This document shows positions 8,933 through 18,575 of a stretch of DNA of 40,400 bases, piece after piece. Origin of the DNA: an uncultured Opitutales bacterium (lineage in GTDB: Bacteria > Verrucomicrobiota > Verrucomicrobiia > Opitutales > JABSRG01). Where the stretch lies: the NCBI GenBank assembly GCA_964417945.1, contig CAYQKH010000001.1:3443-43842 (forward strand). The letters run 5' to 3'. Position numbers and translations under genes: made by a program. The first letter of the stretch is position 1. Every line of letters begins with the position of its first letter. A model generated the notes under the pieces. That model had not been told where the DNA came from, did not search any database, and saw only the letters and a program-made list of their open reading frames with translations.

Positions 8933-9217
8933 ACAATCAACGACCGTAATCCATTGCAGACCAACAGGGAAGGAAAAAACGCAGCGCCCGCGCCAGGCCT
9001 CCGTCTCGATTCCGGGGAAACGGTGCTGCACAGCCTCCGTAATCCACCGCTACTCCTCGTGGAATTCCATGTCCCGTTTGTCCGGGTCTCCGGTTGACGA
9101 GCCCATCCATTCGTGATCCAAATCCTCCGATTGGTCGTAGGAGGGGTTTCTAATCATCTTACGGAATAACCACCGGATGCTTCGCAATGTCCTATTTGGC
9201 GCGCCGCCTCAATAAAT

Positions 9218-9586
9218 CTAACATTCACTCAACAATTCCTCAATCGCCTCATTCAGCGTCGATGGACTGAACGGTTTGGTAAAGACTTTCCGGATCCCCG
9301 ATGCGTAAAGATCTTCGAAAACGGAATCCTTTCCCTGCGCCGTCACGACGATCCGGGGGATATCCGCGAGGTTCTCGTCCGCCTGGAAGTGGCGGCTGAG
9401 TTCCAAGCCGGAAATTCCCGGGAGATTAAGATCGAACAGGGCGAGATTCGGGGGGTTGTCCTTCACTGTCTCCAGCACCGTTTCCCCGTCCGCGCACGAG
9501 ATCACCAGATAACCCGCACGCTTAAGATTGAACTCAAGAAGTTTGGACATGACCGGGTCGTCCTCTGCAATCAGGATCTTTTTCAT
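9218..9586 (-). CDS. Single-domain response regulator (CheY-like receiver)
   Basis: ILIAEDD, phospho-Asp in LFDLNLPGISG, VVTA, TKPFSP. ATGA-coupled to the upstream gene. Confidence 0.93.
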   Translation of the reverse strand: MKKILIAEDDPVMSKLLEFNLKRAGYLVISCADGETVLETVKDNPPNLALFDLNLPGISGLELSRHFQADENLADIPRIVVTAQGKDSVFEDLYASGIRKVFTKPFSPSTLNEAIEELLSEC

Positions 9587-11310
9587 TGATTTCGTTTCCA
9601 ATAGACCAAGGTTTGATCGTCTTCCAGTTGGTCGCTGAGACCTGCTTTATTTCGCAAGTATTGCACATTTCCCCATAAATTACTCCCGCCATTTTTAATA
9701 TCTGCGCGAACTTGCTGCAGAAAACGCTTCCAACCCCAGATCTCTTTCGACTCCGTCTGCCACTCGAAAATTCCATCCGTCACCATCAACAACCAATCCC
9801 CCGGCGCGAGGGAATAGCACTCCCGCAAGTAAACCTGCTCGGGGAAAAGACCGAGGGGAGGACCCGACGGCTTAACCGAGACCCACTCTCCCGCCAACGA
9901 CACCAGAATTGGGCAATGGCCCGCATTGAGGATCTCCACTTCACCCCGATCCCGGCTGATCATCGCCAGCCCCGCCGTCGTGAAAAGCGTGAGGTCTCCG
10001 ATCAACTGGCAGAGAATGACGTTCAACCGCCGCGCCAGGTCGGGCAGCGGGACCGGCGTCTCCCCGACCAAGAGCCGGATCGCCGTCCGGAGCATGCCAG
10101 CCAGGAATGCCGCCGAGACCCCCTTCCCCATGACATCTGCGATCACGAGGAACAATCGCCCGTCAGGGAGAATCACCCCCTCTGCGTAATCCCCGGAAAC
10201 GGACCGGGCACTCATCCGCCGCAGGAACAAGTCCCACTCCTTCACCGGATCGGGTGCTGCCGTCGGCACCAAGTTGTTCTGCAGCTCCGATGCGATCTCC
10301 AGCTCCCTTAAGGTCTTCTGTTCACGGGTTCGAGCCATCGTGTTATGGGTATGCGCCAGTGAGATCCCGAACAGGTCAGCATAGGTGCGAAGGGTGCTCA
10401 GGTCTTTTGCCGTGAAGGTCGCCTTCGCCCTGCTCCGGCCCACATTTAAGGTGCCCATGATGTTTCCACCCGCCTGGATCGGCAGGCAGGCTCCGCTGCT
10501 CAGGCCTCCGAAAAGCGGATCCCCCAAAACCTCTCCTCCCGTCTCAAAAACAAAAGACTGTCCCCCTTGCAGCACCCGCTCCCTCCCCTCCGAGACTCCA
10601 TCCGCTTTCTCGCGAAACGAAATTGACTCAATTTCCGAGAACAACGAAGGGTCCACCACCGGCTCCCATGTCAGGGAGATCCGGTCCATCTCCACCAGCT
10701 TCATCAAGTCCCGGACACCCTTCTCCAAAAACTCCGTTACCTGATCCGAGTGGATCAGCGCTTCACCCAGTTGGTAAAATGCGGAAAGGCTTTCATAGCT
10801 GGATGAAAGCTCTTCCATCGTCTGCCCCAGAAGCGCGTCTTCCGCCGCAGCCGGATCAAAATCGGCGTGATTCCGAACCATCCAAAAACAATGGCCGCCG
10901 GGGGCCGTCCAATGTTCAGTCGCGTCACAGATCGATTCGATCAGGAATAATCCCCGACCGCACTCTTCAAGCGGGTCCTCCGGAAGCGCGGAGGCCCCTG
11001 ACCGCTCCGGCGGTAACCCCGGCCCCGGATCCTCGATCTTCAAGATCACCTGCCCGCGGCCAAGCGACCACTCGATACCGATTCCAGCCTCCGGATGCTC
11101 CCGCGCTCCATGTCGCACCCCGTTTACAAACGCCTCCGTAAAGACCAAGGTCCAGGAATCCACATCCTTTCTCGCCAGGCCTGCCTCACGTAACGCCGTC
11201 AAGAAGGAATCCCGAACCAACGGCATCGCCTCCACCCGGGCCGGAGCCCTCATCCGTGACGTTTTCAACAACTCGATCGCCCCTTCCCAGTCCTTTCCCG
11301 CTTTCGTCAT
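9583..11310 (-). CDS. RsbW-like Ser kinase (HATPase) - GAF - SpoIIE/PP2C phosphatase fusion
   Basis: N-terminal EAFVNGVRHG, IEDPGPG, GRGLFLI; central GAF-like CLPIQAGGNIMGTLNV...FTAKDL; C-terminal VSGDY, IADVMGKG, NAGHCP, VTDGIFE, EDDQT. Start uncertain (11334, 11310 or 11253). Confidence 0.88.
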   Translation of the reverse strand: MTKAGKDWEGAIELLKTSRMRAPARVEAMPLVRDSFLTALREAGLARKDVDSWTLVFTEAFVNGVRHGAREHPEAGIGIEWSLGRGQVILKIEDPGPGLPPERSGASALPEDPLEECGRGLFLIESICDATEHWTAPGGHCFWMVRNHADFDPAAAEDALLGQTMEELSSSYESLSAFYQLGEALIHSDQVTEFLEKGVRDLMKLVEMDRISLTWEPVVDPSLFSEIESISFREKADGVSEGRERVLQGGQSFVFETGGEVLGDPLFGGLSSGACLPIQAGGNIMGTLNVGRSRAKATFTAKDLSTLRTYADLFGISLAHTHNTMARTREQKTLRELEIASELQNNLVPTAAPDPVKEWDLFLRRMSARSVSGDYAEGVILPDGRLFLVIADVMGKGVSAAFLAGMLRTAIRLLVGETPVPLPDLARRLNVILCQLIGDLTLFTTAGLAMISRDRGEVEILNAGHCPILVSLAGEWVSVKPSGPPLGLFPEQVYLRECYSLAPGDWLLMVTDGIFEWQTESKEIWGWKRFLQQVRADIKNGGSNLWGNVQYLRNKAGLSDQLEDDQTLVYWKRNQ

Positions 11311-11392
11311 TTTCGCAAAATTAGGCAAAACCATGGAAAGATGCGATTTTGAAATCGACCCCCTTTTCCGAATCCCTTTCAATAAATGTGCA

Positions 11393-11719
11393 ATGGAATC
11401 ATTCGAATTGGTGACCGGCCCCCCAAAGGATACCCTCGAATGTCGTATTCACGTAGAGCGTTTTGACGCCACCGTAACCCCGGACTTTAAAAAGGCGATG
11501 GAAGACGCCTGGAAGCCTCATCTCCAGAAGGTCGTGCTCGATTTCACCGGCGTCTCGTTTATCGACAGTTCTGGTGTCGGAGCCCTTCTCTCTGTCCAGA
11601 AAAAAGTTGCCGGCGGGCCCCAGTCCCTCACGCTCGTGAATGCCGGAAAAAATGTGGTCGAGGTCATTGAACTTCTCCGCCTCCACCGCATTTTTAATTT
11701 GAATCCGGAAACCGAATAA
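11393..11719 (+). CDS. STAS-domain anti-sigma factor antagonist (RsbV/SpoIIAA-like)
   Basis: VVLDFTGVSFIDSSGVGALL, carrying the phosphorylatable Ser of the DSSG motif. 108 aa. Confidence 0.92.
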   Translation: MESFELVTGPPKDTLECRIHVERFDATVTPDFKKAMEDAWKPHLQKVVLDFTGVSFIDSSGVGALLSVQKKVAGGPQSLTLVNAGKNVVEVIELLRLHRIFNLNPETE

Positions 11720-11769
11720 AGGTGGGCGACCCCCTGCTGCCTGCTAACCGGTGGGCGGCTTCCCCCACT

Positions 11770-13128
11770 ATGGCGTTTCATCCCTATCGCCCAATTGATC
11801 CCCGCGGTTTTCCAATTTACTACGGATGGGTTATCCTTTTTGCCTCCACCATCGGCATGCTTGCCGCCGTGCCGGGAAGTCCCCCGGGAATGAGTCCCTT
11901 CCTCGAACCCATGCTGGAGGCCTACGGTGTCCGTCGCGGCGATCTTACTTTTGCCTATATGATTGGAACCATCGCCGCCGGTGTCGCCACCTGGAAGTTT
12001 GGATCGCTTTTTGACTCCGTGGATTCGAGATTACTGGGTACTGGCGCCTTTTTTGCGACCGGAATCGCCCTTGTCTTTACTGGCATCGGGAACGAAGCCT
12101 ACGTCGCCCTCCTTCCGGAAAGACGGACCCATACCCCTCTCGCACTCCTCTTCCTCACTGGGTCCTTCTTCATGCTGCGCCTCTTCGGCCTCGGCATCAT
12201 GATGACGGTTGCTCGATCCATGCTCGTCCGGTGGTTCACCCGCCACCGCAGTATTGCTGTCGCCGTCAATAGCATCGCCATGTCCCTCACCTTCTCCAGT
12301 GCCCCCGTCCTCATCTTCTTTCTTGTCGATTGGACCGGTTGGCAATGGGCGTGGATATCCATGGGCCTTTTCTTTGCCACCTTCATGACCGCTTTTACCT
12401 ACCTCTTTTTCCGGCACAGCCCGGATAGGGTCGGCATCGCTCTCGAAACGGCCTCGCCCCGGAACGCTTCAAGTGGGAAGGAGAAGCCAACAGACCATAC
12501 AGGCGAAGCTCACTTCCCTGTCTACCGCGATTTTAACCCCTCCGAAGCAATCCGCACCTTCACCTTCTGGATCTTTATTGCCGGTATTGCTATAAATGGT
12601 CTGATCGGAACCGGTATTGTTATCAACCTTGTCGCCTTCGGAACCGATCAGGGCCTTTCCGAGTCTCAGTCACTTGCCCTCCTCCTCCCAAGTGCCGTTT
12701 TCAATATCCTGACCACCTTTATCCTTGGGATAACCGCCCACCGGATCGATCTCAAATGGGTCCTTTTCGCTTTGCTTTTCGGCATCCTCTTGGAGGTCGT
12801 TTGTGCCACCCAACTCGCAACCCTTCCCGGAAAAATCGGCTTTGCCCTGGGCGGAGGAATCGCTTGGGGATGTTTCGGCATGCTCATCAATCTGCCCTGG
12901 CCACGCTACTTTGGAAGCCGACATATTGGCGGAATTAACGGCTATGTCACCGCCTTCACCATCGGCGCCTCCGCTACCGGCCCCTTCCTTTTCGGATGGA
13001 TTCGAGACACCACAGGGTCCTTTGATCTCGCTATCCAGAGTTGCTTTTTCATCCTCCCTCTCCTTTTCTTCGGTTGTTTAAACGTAAAAAATCCCCAATC
13101 CGCCTTTTCCCCCGACCGATCCGGCTGA
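11770..13128 (+). CDS. MFS transporter
   Basis: YYGWVIL N-terminus, about 12 hydrophobic segments, RWFTRHRSIA, YFGSRHIGGING. Confidence 0.88.
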   Translation: MAFHPYRPIDPRGFPIYYGWVILFASTIGMLAAVPGSPPGMSPFLEPMLEAYGVRRGDLTFAYMIGTIAAGVATWKFGSLFDSVDSRLLGTGAFFATGIALVFTGIGNEAYVALLPERRTHTPLALLFLTGSFFMLRLFGLGIMMTVARSMLVRWFTRHRSIAVAVNSIAMSLTFSSAPVLIFFLVDWTGWQWAWISMGLFFATFMTAFTYLFFRHSPDRVGIALETASPRNASSGKEKPTDHTGEAHFPVYRDFNPSEAIRTFTFWIFIAGIAINGLIGTGIVINLVAFGTDQGLSESQSLALLLPSAVFNILTTFILGITAHRIDLKWVLFALLFGILLEVVCATQLATLPGKIGFALGGGIAWGCFGMLINLPWPRYFGSRHIGGINGYVTAFTIGASATGPFLFGWIRDTTGSFDLAIQSCFFILPLLFFGCLNVKNPQSAFSPDRSG

Positions 13129-13157
13129 TTTGGTATGATTTTTTCTGCTGAAGCTTC

Positions 13158-14474
13158 ATGATTCTCGAACGGCTATTTCACCTTAAGGCCAATCAAACCA
13201 CCGTGAGGACGGAGATTCTGGCGGGGCTGACCACCTTTGCCGCTATGTCCTACATCCTCGTCGTCAATCCCGGGATCCTCTCCCAGACCGGCTTGGACTA
13301 TCGCAGCCTCATCACCGTTACGGCCCTCGCCGCCGCCATCGGCAGTCTCGCCATGGCGCTTCTCACCAACTATCCCATCGCCCTTGCCCCCGGGATGGGC
13401 CTCAATGCCTACTTCACCTTCACCGTCGTTCTCACCCAGGGCATCCCCGTCGAAGCCGCCCTCGGACTTGTCTTCTGGAATGGGATCCTTTTTCTCGGTC
13501 TTTCACTCTCCGGCGTCCGTGCCCGGATCGCTCGCGCCATCCCCTTCTCCCTTCGTATCGGTGTGCAGTGCGGAATCGGGTTCTTTATTGCCTTTATCGG
13601 TTTGCAGAATGCCGGTCTCGTTGCCGACCACCCCGCCACCCTTGTCACGCTTGGGGACATGAGCCAGCCCGGGCCCGTCCTTTCCCTCGTCGGCGTCCTC
13701 TTCATGGTTTTTCTCGTTTATCGACAGGTTCCCGGTGCGATTGTCCTCGGGATCCTCGCCCTCACCTTTATCGGGTTTCTCCTCCCCGATGGAAAAGGAG
13801 GCTGCCTGACCCCTGTTCCCGACGCCATCTTTTCTCTTCCCGTTGGAATCGAGGAAACCTTCTTCCAGTTGGACCTCATTTACACTTTTACCCATTTTCA
13901 GTCCGTTTTCCCGGTCCTCCTCGCCCTTCTCTTTGTCGACCTCTTCGATACCATCGGAACCCTCGTCGGGGTCAGCCGCCGGGCTCGACTCCTCGACGAA
14001 AATGACGACCTTCCCAAAATGAGCCGAGCCCTTACCGCCGATGCCGCCGCTACCACTATCGGTTCCCTACTCGGCACCTCCACCACCACCAGCTATGTTG
14101 AGTCCGCTGCCGGAGTCGAGGCGGGTGGCCGGACCGGCCTCACCTCCGTAACCGTGGCCATCTGTTTTCTTCTTGCCCTCGTCTTTACCCCCATTCTGAC
14201 GATCATCCCTCAGCAGGCCACCGCCCCCGCTCTCGTTATTGTAGGAATCTTTATGATCCATGGCTTTTCCCATCTGGATTTCGAGGACCTTACCGAGCTT
14301 GCTCCCGCCTTTATCACGATGTTGACCATGCCCCTGACCTACAGCATCAGCGAGGGGATCGCCCTCGGCTTTATCTCCTTTGTTGTGATCAAGGGCCTGA
14401 CCGGACGCGCCGCAGAAATCACTCCCCTCACTGGCATCCTCGCCATCGTCTTCCTTCTTCACTACCTGCTCTAG
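13158..14474 (+). CDS. NCS2/AzgA-family purine (adenine/guanine/hypoxanthine) permease
   Basis: TEILAGLTTF, ALAPGMGLNAYF, DLFDTIGTL, YVESAAGVEAGGRTGLT, MPLTYSISEGI. Confidence 0.93.
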   Translation: MILERLFHLKANQTTVRTEILAGLTTFAAMSYILVVNPGILSQTGLDYRSLITVTALAAAIGSLAMALLTNYPIALAPGMGLNAYFTFTVVLTQGIPVEAALGLVFWNGILFLGLSLSGVRARIARAIPFSLRIGVQCGIGFFIAFIGLQNAGLVADHPATLVTLGDMSQPGPVLSLVGVLFMVFLVYRQVPGAIVLGILALTFIGFLLPDGKGGCLTPVPDAIFSLPVGIEETFFQLDLIYTFTHFQSVFPVLLALLFVDLFDTIGTLVGVSRRARLLDENDDLPKMSRALTADAAATTIGSLLGTSTTTSYVESAAGVEAGGRTGLTSVTVAICFLLALVFTPILTIIPQQATAPALVIVGIFMIHGFSHLDFEDLTELAPAFITMLTMPLTYSISEGIALGFISFVVIKGLTGRAAEITPLTGILAIVFLLHYLL

Positions 14475-14480
14475 TGCGGC

Positions 14481-15260
14481 ATGGTCGCCCCGAACGAAAC
14501 CACCAAACCGATCGTCACCTTTCAGCAGGTGGCCCACCGCTACACCAAGGGCGATTCCCTTGTCCTCGATTCCATCGATTTCATGGCACGCGAAGGGGAC
14601 TTCATCGCCCTGATCGGTCCGAGCGGATGCGGAAAATCCACCCTCCTGAAACTCATCACCGGCCTTACCTCCGCTCTCTCCGGGGCGATTGATGTCGACG
14701 GAATGGATCCCGAACAAGCACGCGCTGAGCAGGCTTTTGTCTTCCAGGACGCCAACCTCCTGCCGTGGCTGACCGTCCGGAAAAATGTCGAACTTCCGAT
14801 GCGCCTCCGGGGCGTCCACGCTTCTACGCGTCAGGCGCGAGCCCTCGAGCTTTTACGCCTTGTCCGGCTTGAGCACGTGGCCGCCAGCTATCCCCGGCAA
14901 CTTTCCGGTGGTATGAAGATGCGAACCTCCATCGCCCGTGCCCTCAGCACAACCCCGAAGATCATGCTCCTCGATGAACCCTTCGGCGCTCTCGACGAAA
15001 TGACCCGCAACCGCCTGAATGAGGACCTCCTCAATATTCGGCGAGATCAGAATTGGACCGCGTTTTTTGTTACCCACTCCGTCAGCGAGGCCGTTTTCCT
15101 GAGCAACCGCATCGCCGTTTTCTCAGCAAATCCCGGACGCATCCAGAAGTGGATCGACGTGCCGTTCCCCTATCCGCGGGATTCCAAGGTCCGCACCTCC
15201 ATGGACTTCCACAATCTCGTTTGCGAGGTATCCAACGAACTCCGCAACGCCCAGGCCTGA
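14481..15260 (+). CDS. ABC transporter ATP-binding protein (NitT/TauB/SsuB family)
   Basis: GPSGCGKS, VFQD, LSGGM, LLDEPFGALD, VTH. Confidence 0.95.
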   Translation: MVAPNETTKPIVTFQQVAHRYTKGDSLVLDSIDFMAREGDFIALIGPSGCGKSTLLKLITGLTSALSGAIDVDGMDPEQARAEQAFVFQDANLLPWLTVRKNVELPMRLRGVHASTRQARALELLRLVRLEHVAASYPRQLSGGMKMRTSIARALSTTPKIMLLDEPFGALDEMTRNRLNEDLLNIRRDQNWTAFFVTHSVSEAVFLSNRIAVFSANPGRIQKWIDVPFPYPRDSKVRTSMDFHNLVCEVSNELRNAQA

Positions 15261-16040
15261 ATGCGCCCTCAACCCTACCAGATCGCCCTACCCCTCCTTA
15301 CCGGTGCCGCCCTCCTGTCGCTCTGGTATCTCGGGCTTGGTGTCGGCTGGTTCAACCCTTTTACCCTTCCACCACCTCACCGCATCTTCCTCGCCATGTG
15401 GGAAAAACGAGCGGAAATGCTCGACGCCAGCCTCACCACCTTTTTCGCCGCTTTTCTCGGGTTTTCCGCAGCTGTCACTGGGGGATTCTGCATTGCCATG
15501 CTCCTCTCCTCCAACAAGTGGATCAAGGCCTCCCTCCACCCCTACGTCCTCACGATCCAAATGACGCCGATCATCGTACTCATCCCGATCATCGGTTTGC
15601 TGATCAAGGATTCCCTCCTTCAAATTGTTCTTATCACCTTTCTCATCAGCTTCTTCCCCGTGGTCGCCAATACCATCCTCGGGTTTACCTCCACCGATAA
15701 ATACCTCCTCGATCTCTTTCAGGTCTACAATGCCCGAACACTTCAGGAAATCTTTCTCCTCCGCATCCCTTTTGCCGTTCCCTACTTCCTCACCGGGGTC
15801 AAAATCGCCGGAACCCTTGCCCCCATTGGTGCGATTACCGGTGATTTCCTCCTCGGCACCTCCCGCAACCCCGGTCTCGGCTACCGCCTCGTCACTTACT
15901 ACAATCAGGGAGAAAACCCCGCACTTTTCGCTATCGCTTTCCTTGCCGCCACAATGGGATTTATTTTCGTCTTCCTTGTCAATCGTGCCACACACCACTT
16001 CCTTAAAAACTGGCACGAATCCGTTCCAGAAAAAAAGTAA
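15261..16040 (+). CDS. ABC transporter permease (NitT/TauC/SsuC family)
   Basis: LPPPHRI, QMTPII, FFPVVANT, LRIPFAVPY. Abuts the ATPase stop codon. Confidence 0.9.
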   Translation: MRPQPYQIALPLLTGAALLSLWYLGLGVGWFNPFTLPPPHRIFLAMWEKRAEMLDASLTTFFAAFLGFSAAVTGGFCIAMLLSSNKWIKASLHPYVLTIQMTPIIVLIPIIGLLIKDSLLQIVLITFLISFFPVVANTILGFTSTDKYLLDLFQVYNARTLQEIFLLRIPFAVPYFLTGVKIAGTLAPIGAITGDFLLGTSRNPGLGYRLVTYYNQGENPALFAIAFLAATMGFIFVFLVNRATHHFLKNWHESVPEKK

Positions 16041-16063
16041 AGCCGGTCACATCGACCGGCTTT
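16039..16063. terminator. Probable bidirectional rho-independent terminator
   Basis: Perfect 10-bp inverted repeat AAAGCCGGTC-acatc-GACCGGCTTT between convergent operons. T-rich tails follow on both strands, stronger on the minus strand. Confidence 0.8.
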
Positions 16064-16092
16064 AACAAGAAAAAATCGCAGCCGTTTGAACT

Positions 16093-17466
16093 TTAGATGC
16101 GATTCATCTCCGCAGCCCGTTCCACCGCTTCAAGATACTGTTGGTAGCGCTCAGAATTATCGAGAATCACGACCCGGCGGAGCTGCTCTACCGCCTTGTC
16201 AAAATTCCGTTGGTTCACCAGCATTCGCGCATGCTGAACGAGTGACTCCACCTCGTAATCTTCAATTTTTTGAGCCCGCTCAAACATCAGTTCGGCTTCC
16301 TCGATTTCATTATTCCGCCAGTAATATTCGCCCAGGTTCAGAAGTGCCGGACCGTTTAAGGGATCCTCCTCGAGAATGTTCTCAAGGGTTTCCGCAGCTC
16401 GGTCGGAATCCCCTTTCGCAAGGTAAATTTCTGATTGAAGATTGTAGATGTCCAATCGCTGATCGCTGGTCAGGGATTTTTCACGGGTTTCTAAAATCCG
16501 CTCAATATAATCCTCTGCTTCACTGTAGTTGGATTGACCAATGAGGATCTCCGCAGCACGGATGAATTCACCATTTCCGAGCTGCCCTCCTTTTTGCAAG
16601 GAGCCTTGGTATGCAATGAGTGCCGATGAAGGAACGCCCTCCTGCATATACAGATCGCCCAGCAACATCAGGCTTTTCGCACTCGCCACCCCCATCCGAT
16701 CCAAAATCTCAAGGTTGCCAATGGCATCCCCCCAACGCTCCAGAGCCACGAAAGCATTGGCTTGGAACATCCAGTAATCCGCGTTGTTTTGGTTTTCCGA
16801 AATGACCTCATTAAGGATGCCAACCAATTCAGCATGCTTGCGTTGCGCATTCAGGGATTGGATCAAACCATTTTTCCAGTCCCGGCTGTCCGGTTGCAGG
16901 AGGAGGGCTTCCCGGTAAGCATTTTCCGCAGATGCATACTTTTGCAGGTTCAAGTAAGAATATCCCAATACACCGTAGATCACTCCGCTATTCCCACCAA
17001 GGTCGATCGTCTTGATTAAGTGCTTGATTGCATCCTTGTATTTTCCCTGTTGCACATACAGACTGCCAAGATTCTTGTGGGCGTTCATGAAGTTCGGGAA
17101 CTTCCGGATCGCTTCCCGATAGGCGCGCTCTGCCCGACTGAATTGTCCGCTCTGCAGATAAAGGTTACCCAGTGTGAAATCCAAGGCCGCGCTTGAGTCG
17201 GCCATGATGTTTGCCTGCAAAAGCGTAATCGCCTGCTGCTCCTGACCCGCGGTGACGAGGGGTATAATTTGCTGGAAAATCGCACCTTCTTCCTGGGATA
17301 CCTTCGGCTCCTTTTCACCGTCAAATCCATAGGTTCCCATGAATTCCTGGATAAAGGTCGGGCCCGTCCAGAAGCTCCGGGTGAGTTCCATATTGGGGAA
17401 GGTCTGCCCCGAAAGCGCTAATATCGGGAGGCAGCCAATGAACAGAAGTGTGGTCAGTTTTTTCAT
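16093..17466 (-). CDS. Periplasmic TPR-repeat protein (TtpD-like)
   Basis: Signal peptide MKKLTTLLFIGCLPILALSG; repeated TPR patterns (FTLGNLYLQSGQFSRAERAY, AHKNLGSLY). Last gene of the TonB operon. Confidence 0.88.
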   Translation of the reverse strand: MKKLTTLLFIGCLPILALSGQTFPNMELTRSFWTGPTFIQEFMGTYGFDGEKEPKVSQEEGAIFQQIIPLVTAGQEQQAITLLQANIMADSSAALDFTLGNLYLQSGQFSRAERAYREAIRKFPNFMNAHKNLGSLYVQQGKYKDAIKHLIKTIDLGGNSGVIYGVLGYSYLNLQKYASAENAYREALLLQPDSRDWKNGLIQSLNAQRKHAELVGILNEVISENQNNADYWMFQANAFVALERWGDAIGNLEILDRMGVASAKSLMLLGDLYMQEGVPSSALIAYQGSLQKGGQLGNGEFIRAAEILIGQSNYSEAEDYIERILETREKSLTSDQRLDIYNLQSEIYLAKGDSDRAAETLENILEEDPLNGPALLNLGEYYWRNNEIEEAELMFERAQKIEDYEVESLVQHARMLVNQRNFDKAVEQLRRVVILDNSERYQQYLEAVERAAEMNRI

Positions 17467-17482
17467 ACGATAAAAGATCGGA

Positions 17483-18139
17483 TTAACGAATGGAGAAATT
17501 AAAAGGAAGAACATAGAAGGCTTTTACTTTTTTACCGTTGCGCGTTGGAGCCTCAAAAACCGAGTCTTCCGCAGCATCGACCGCGCTCTTCACAAACGCC
17601 CGGTGCGAGGCTTCCAACACCTCGTCCACTCGAATGCGGCCCCGTTCGTCGATAATAACCTTCAGCTTGACGTAGCCTTCGATCCGTTCGCGCTTCAGCT
17701 CAAAGGGATACTCGATGCGGCCGCGCTTGATTACCCGGGGGACACGGTCAAGATCCTTCACGTCAAAAATCATCTCGTCCATGCTCGGACCAATCGCATC
17801 AAAATTCACAAGACCGGTGTTGGCACCAAACCCACCGGTTCCCGCGTTTAGACTAACGATAAGGTCCGTCAGGTCGATCTGCTGAGGTGGCTCTTCCAGT
17901 TCCGGATTCTCCTCTTCCTCTTCTTCCTCCTCCTCCGGTTCATCGGGCGGAGGTGGAAGAACCGGCGGCGGTTCATTAAATTCCTGTACTGCTGTCAGTT
18001 CTTTTTCACCACCAGGGTCAGAAATAAATTGGGTGAATGGGAGCAGGATGAAAATTCCCGCCGTCACTCCGATTCCCCAAAGATAATGAATTCCGGGAAC
18101 GCCCTTTCCACGCTGGGGATTATAAACTGGGTTGGCCAT
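17483..18139 (-). CDS. tonB: Energy transducer TonB
   Basis: N-terminal TM helix, Pro/Glu-rich spacer, C-terminal YPFELKRERIEGYVKLKVIIDERG...FEAPTRNGKKV. Confidence 0.9.
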   Translation of the reverse strand: MANPVYNPQRGKGVPGIHYLWGIGVTAGIFILLPFTQFISDPGGEKELTAVQEFNEPPPVLPPPPDEPEEEEEEEEENPELEEPPQQIDLTDLIVSLNAGTGGFGANTGLVNFDAIGPSMDEMIFDVKDLDRVPRVIKRGRIEYPFELKRERIEGYVKLKVIIDERGRIRVDEVLEASHRAFVKSAVDAAEDSVFEAPTRNGKKVKAFYVLPFNFSIR

Positions 18140-18156
18140 CGTTTAAACTCCTTGGT

Positions 18157-18567
18157 TTACTTCGCTTCCTTTAAATTCACTGCAGTGGCTCCGGCATTTA
18201 GCGCTTCATCAAAGACTCGCAAGGCGATTTCTGCTCGGGAACCTTGTTCAACCTGGATAATGACGGGTAAATTATCTTCACCCATGTTATTTCGGACCAC
18301 CCGATTTACTCCACTGATCCCAACATTTTCTGCGCCGGAACCATAAAAAACCTCACCACTTTTGGAAATTTTGAAAATAATCGGTTCTGTCTGCTCGTCC
18401 TCGGGCGGGTTGGCGTCACTGGGCTTGCTCGCCTCAATTCCACGCTCGTCTACAAAAACCGTGGTCACAATAAAGAAAATCAACAAAATAAAAACCATGT
18501 CGATCAGCGGCGAAATATTGATTTCGTCGCTTTTCTGGGAGGCCTGAAAAGACTTTTTTCGACTCAT
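18157..18567 (-). CDS. exbD: ExbD/TolR family protein
   Basis: EINISPLIDMVFILLIFFIV, carrying the essential TM Asp. Confidence 0.93.
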   Translation of the reverse strand: MSRKKSFQASQKSDEINISPLIDMVFILLIFFIVTTVFVDERGIEASKPSDANPPEDEQTEPIIFKISKSGEVFYGSGAENVGISGVNRVVRNNMGEDNLPVIIQVEQGSRAEIALRVFDEALNAGATAVNLKEAK

Positions 18568-18575
18568 GATCGGTT

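Noticed and set aside
9050-9052. Pyrrolysine or other programmed amber read-through into the methyltransferase
   Set aside because: No pyl genes or recoding signal are in view, and the extension shows no domain-like features. Kept only as a low-interest upstream-ORF note.
17905-17970. Low-complexity Pro/Glu repeat (PPPPDEPEEEEEEEE)
   Set aside because: This is the normal periplasm-spanning spacer of TonB, not a separate repeat element.
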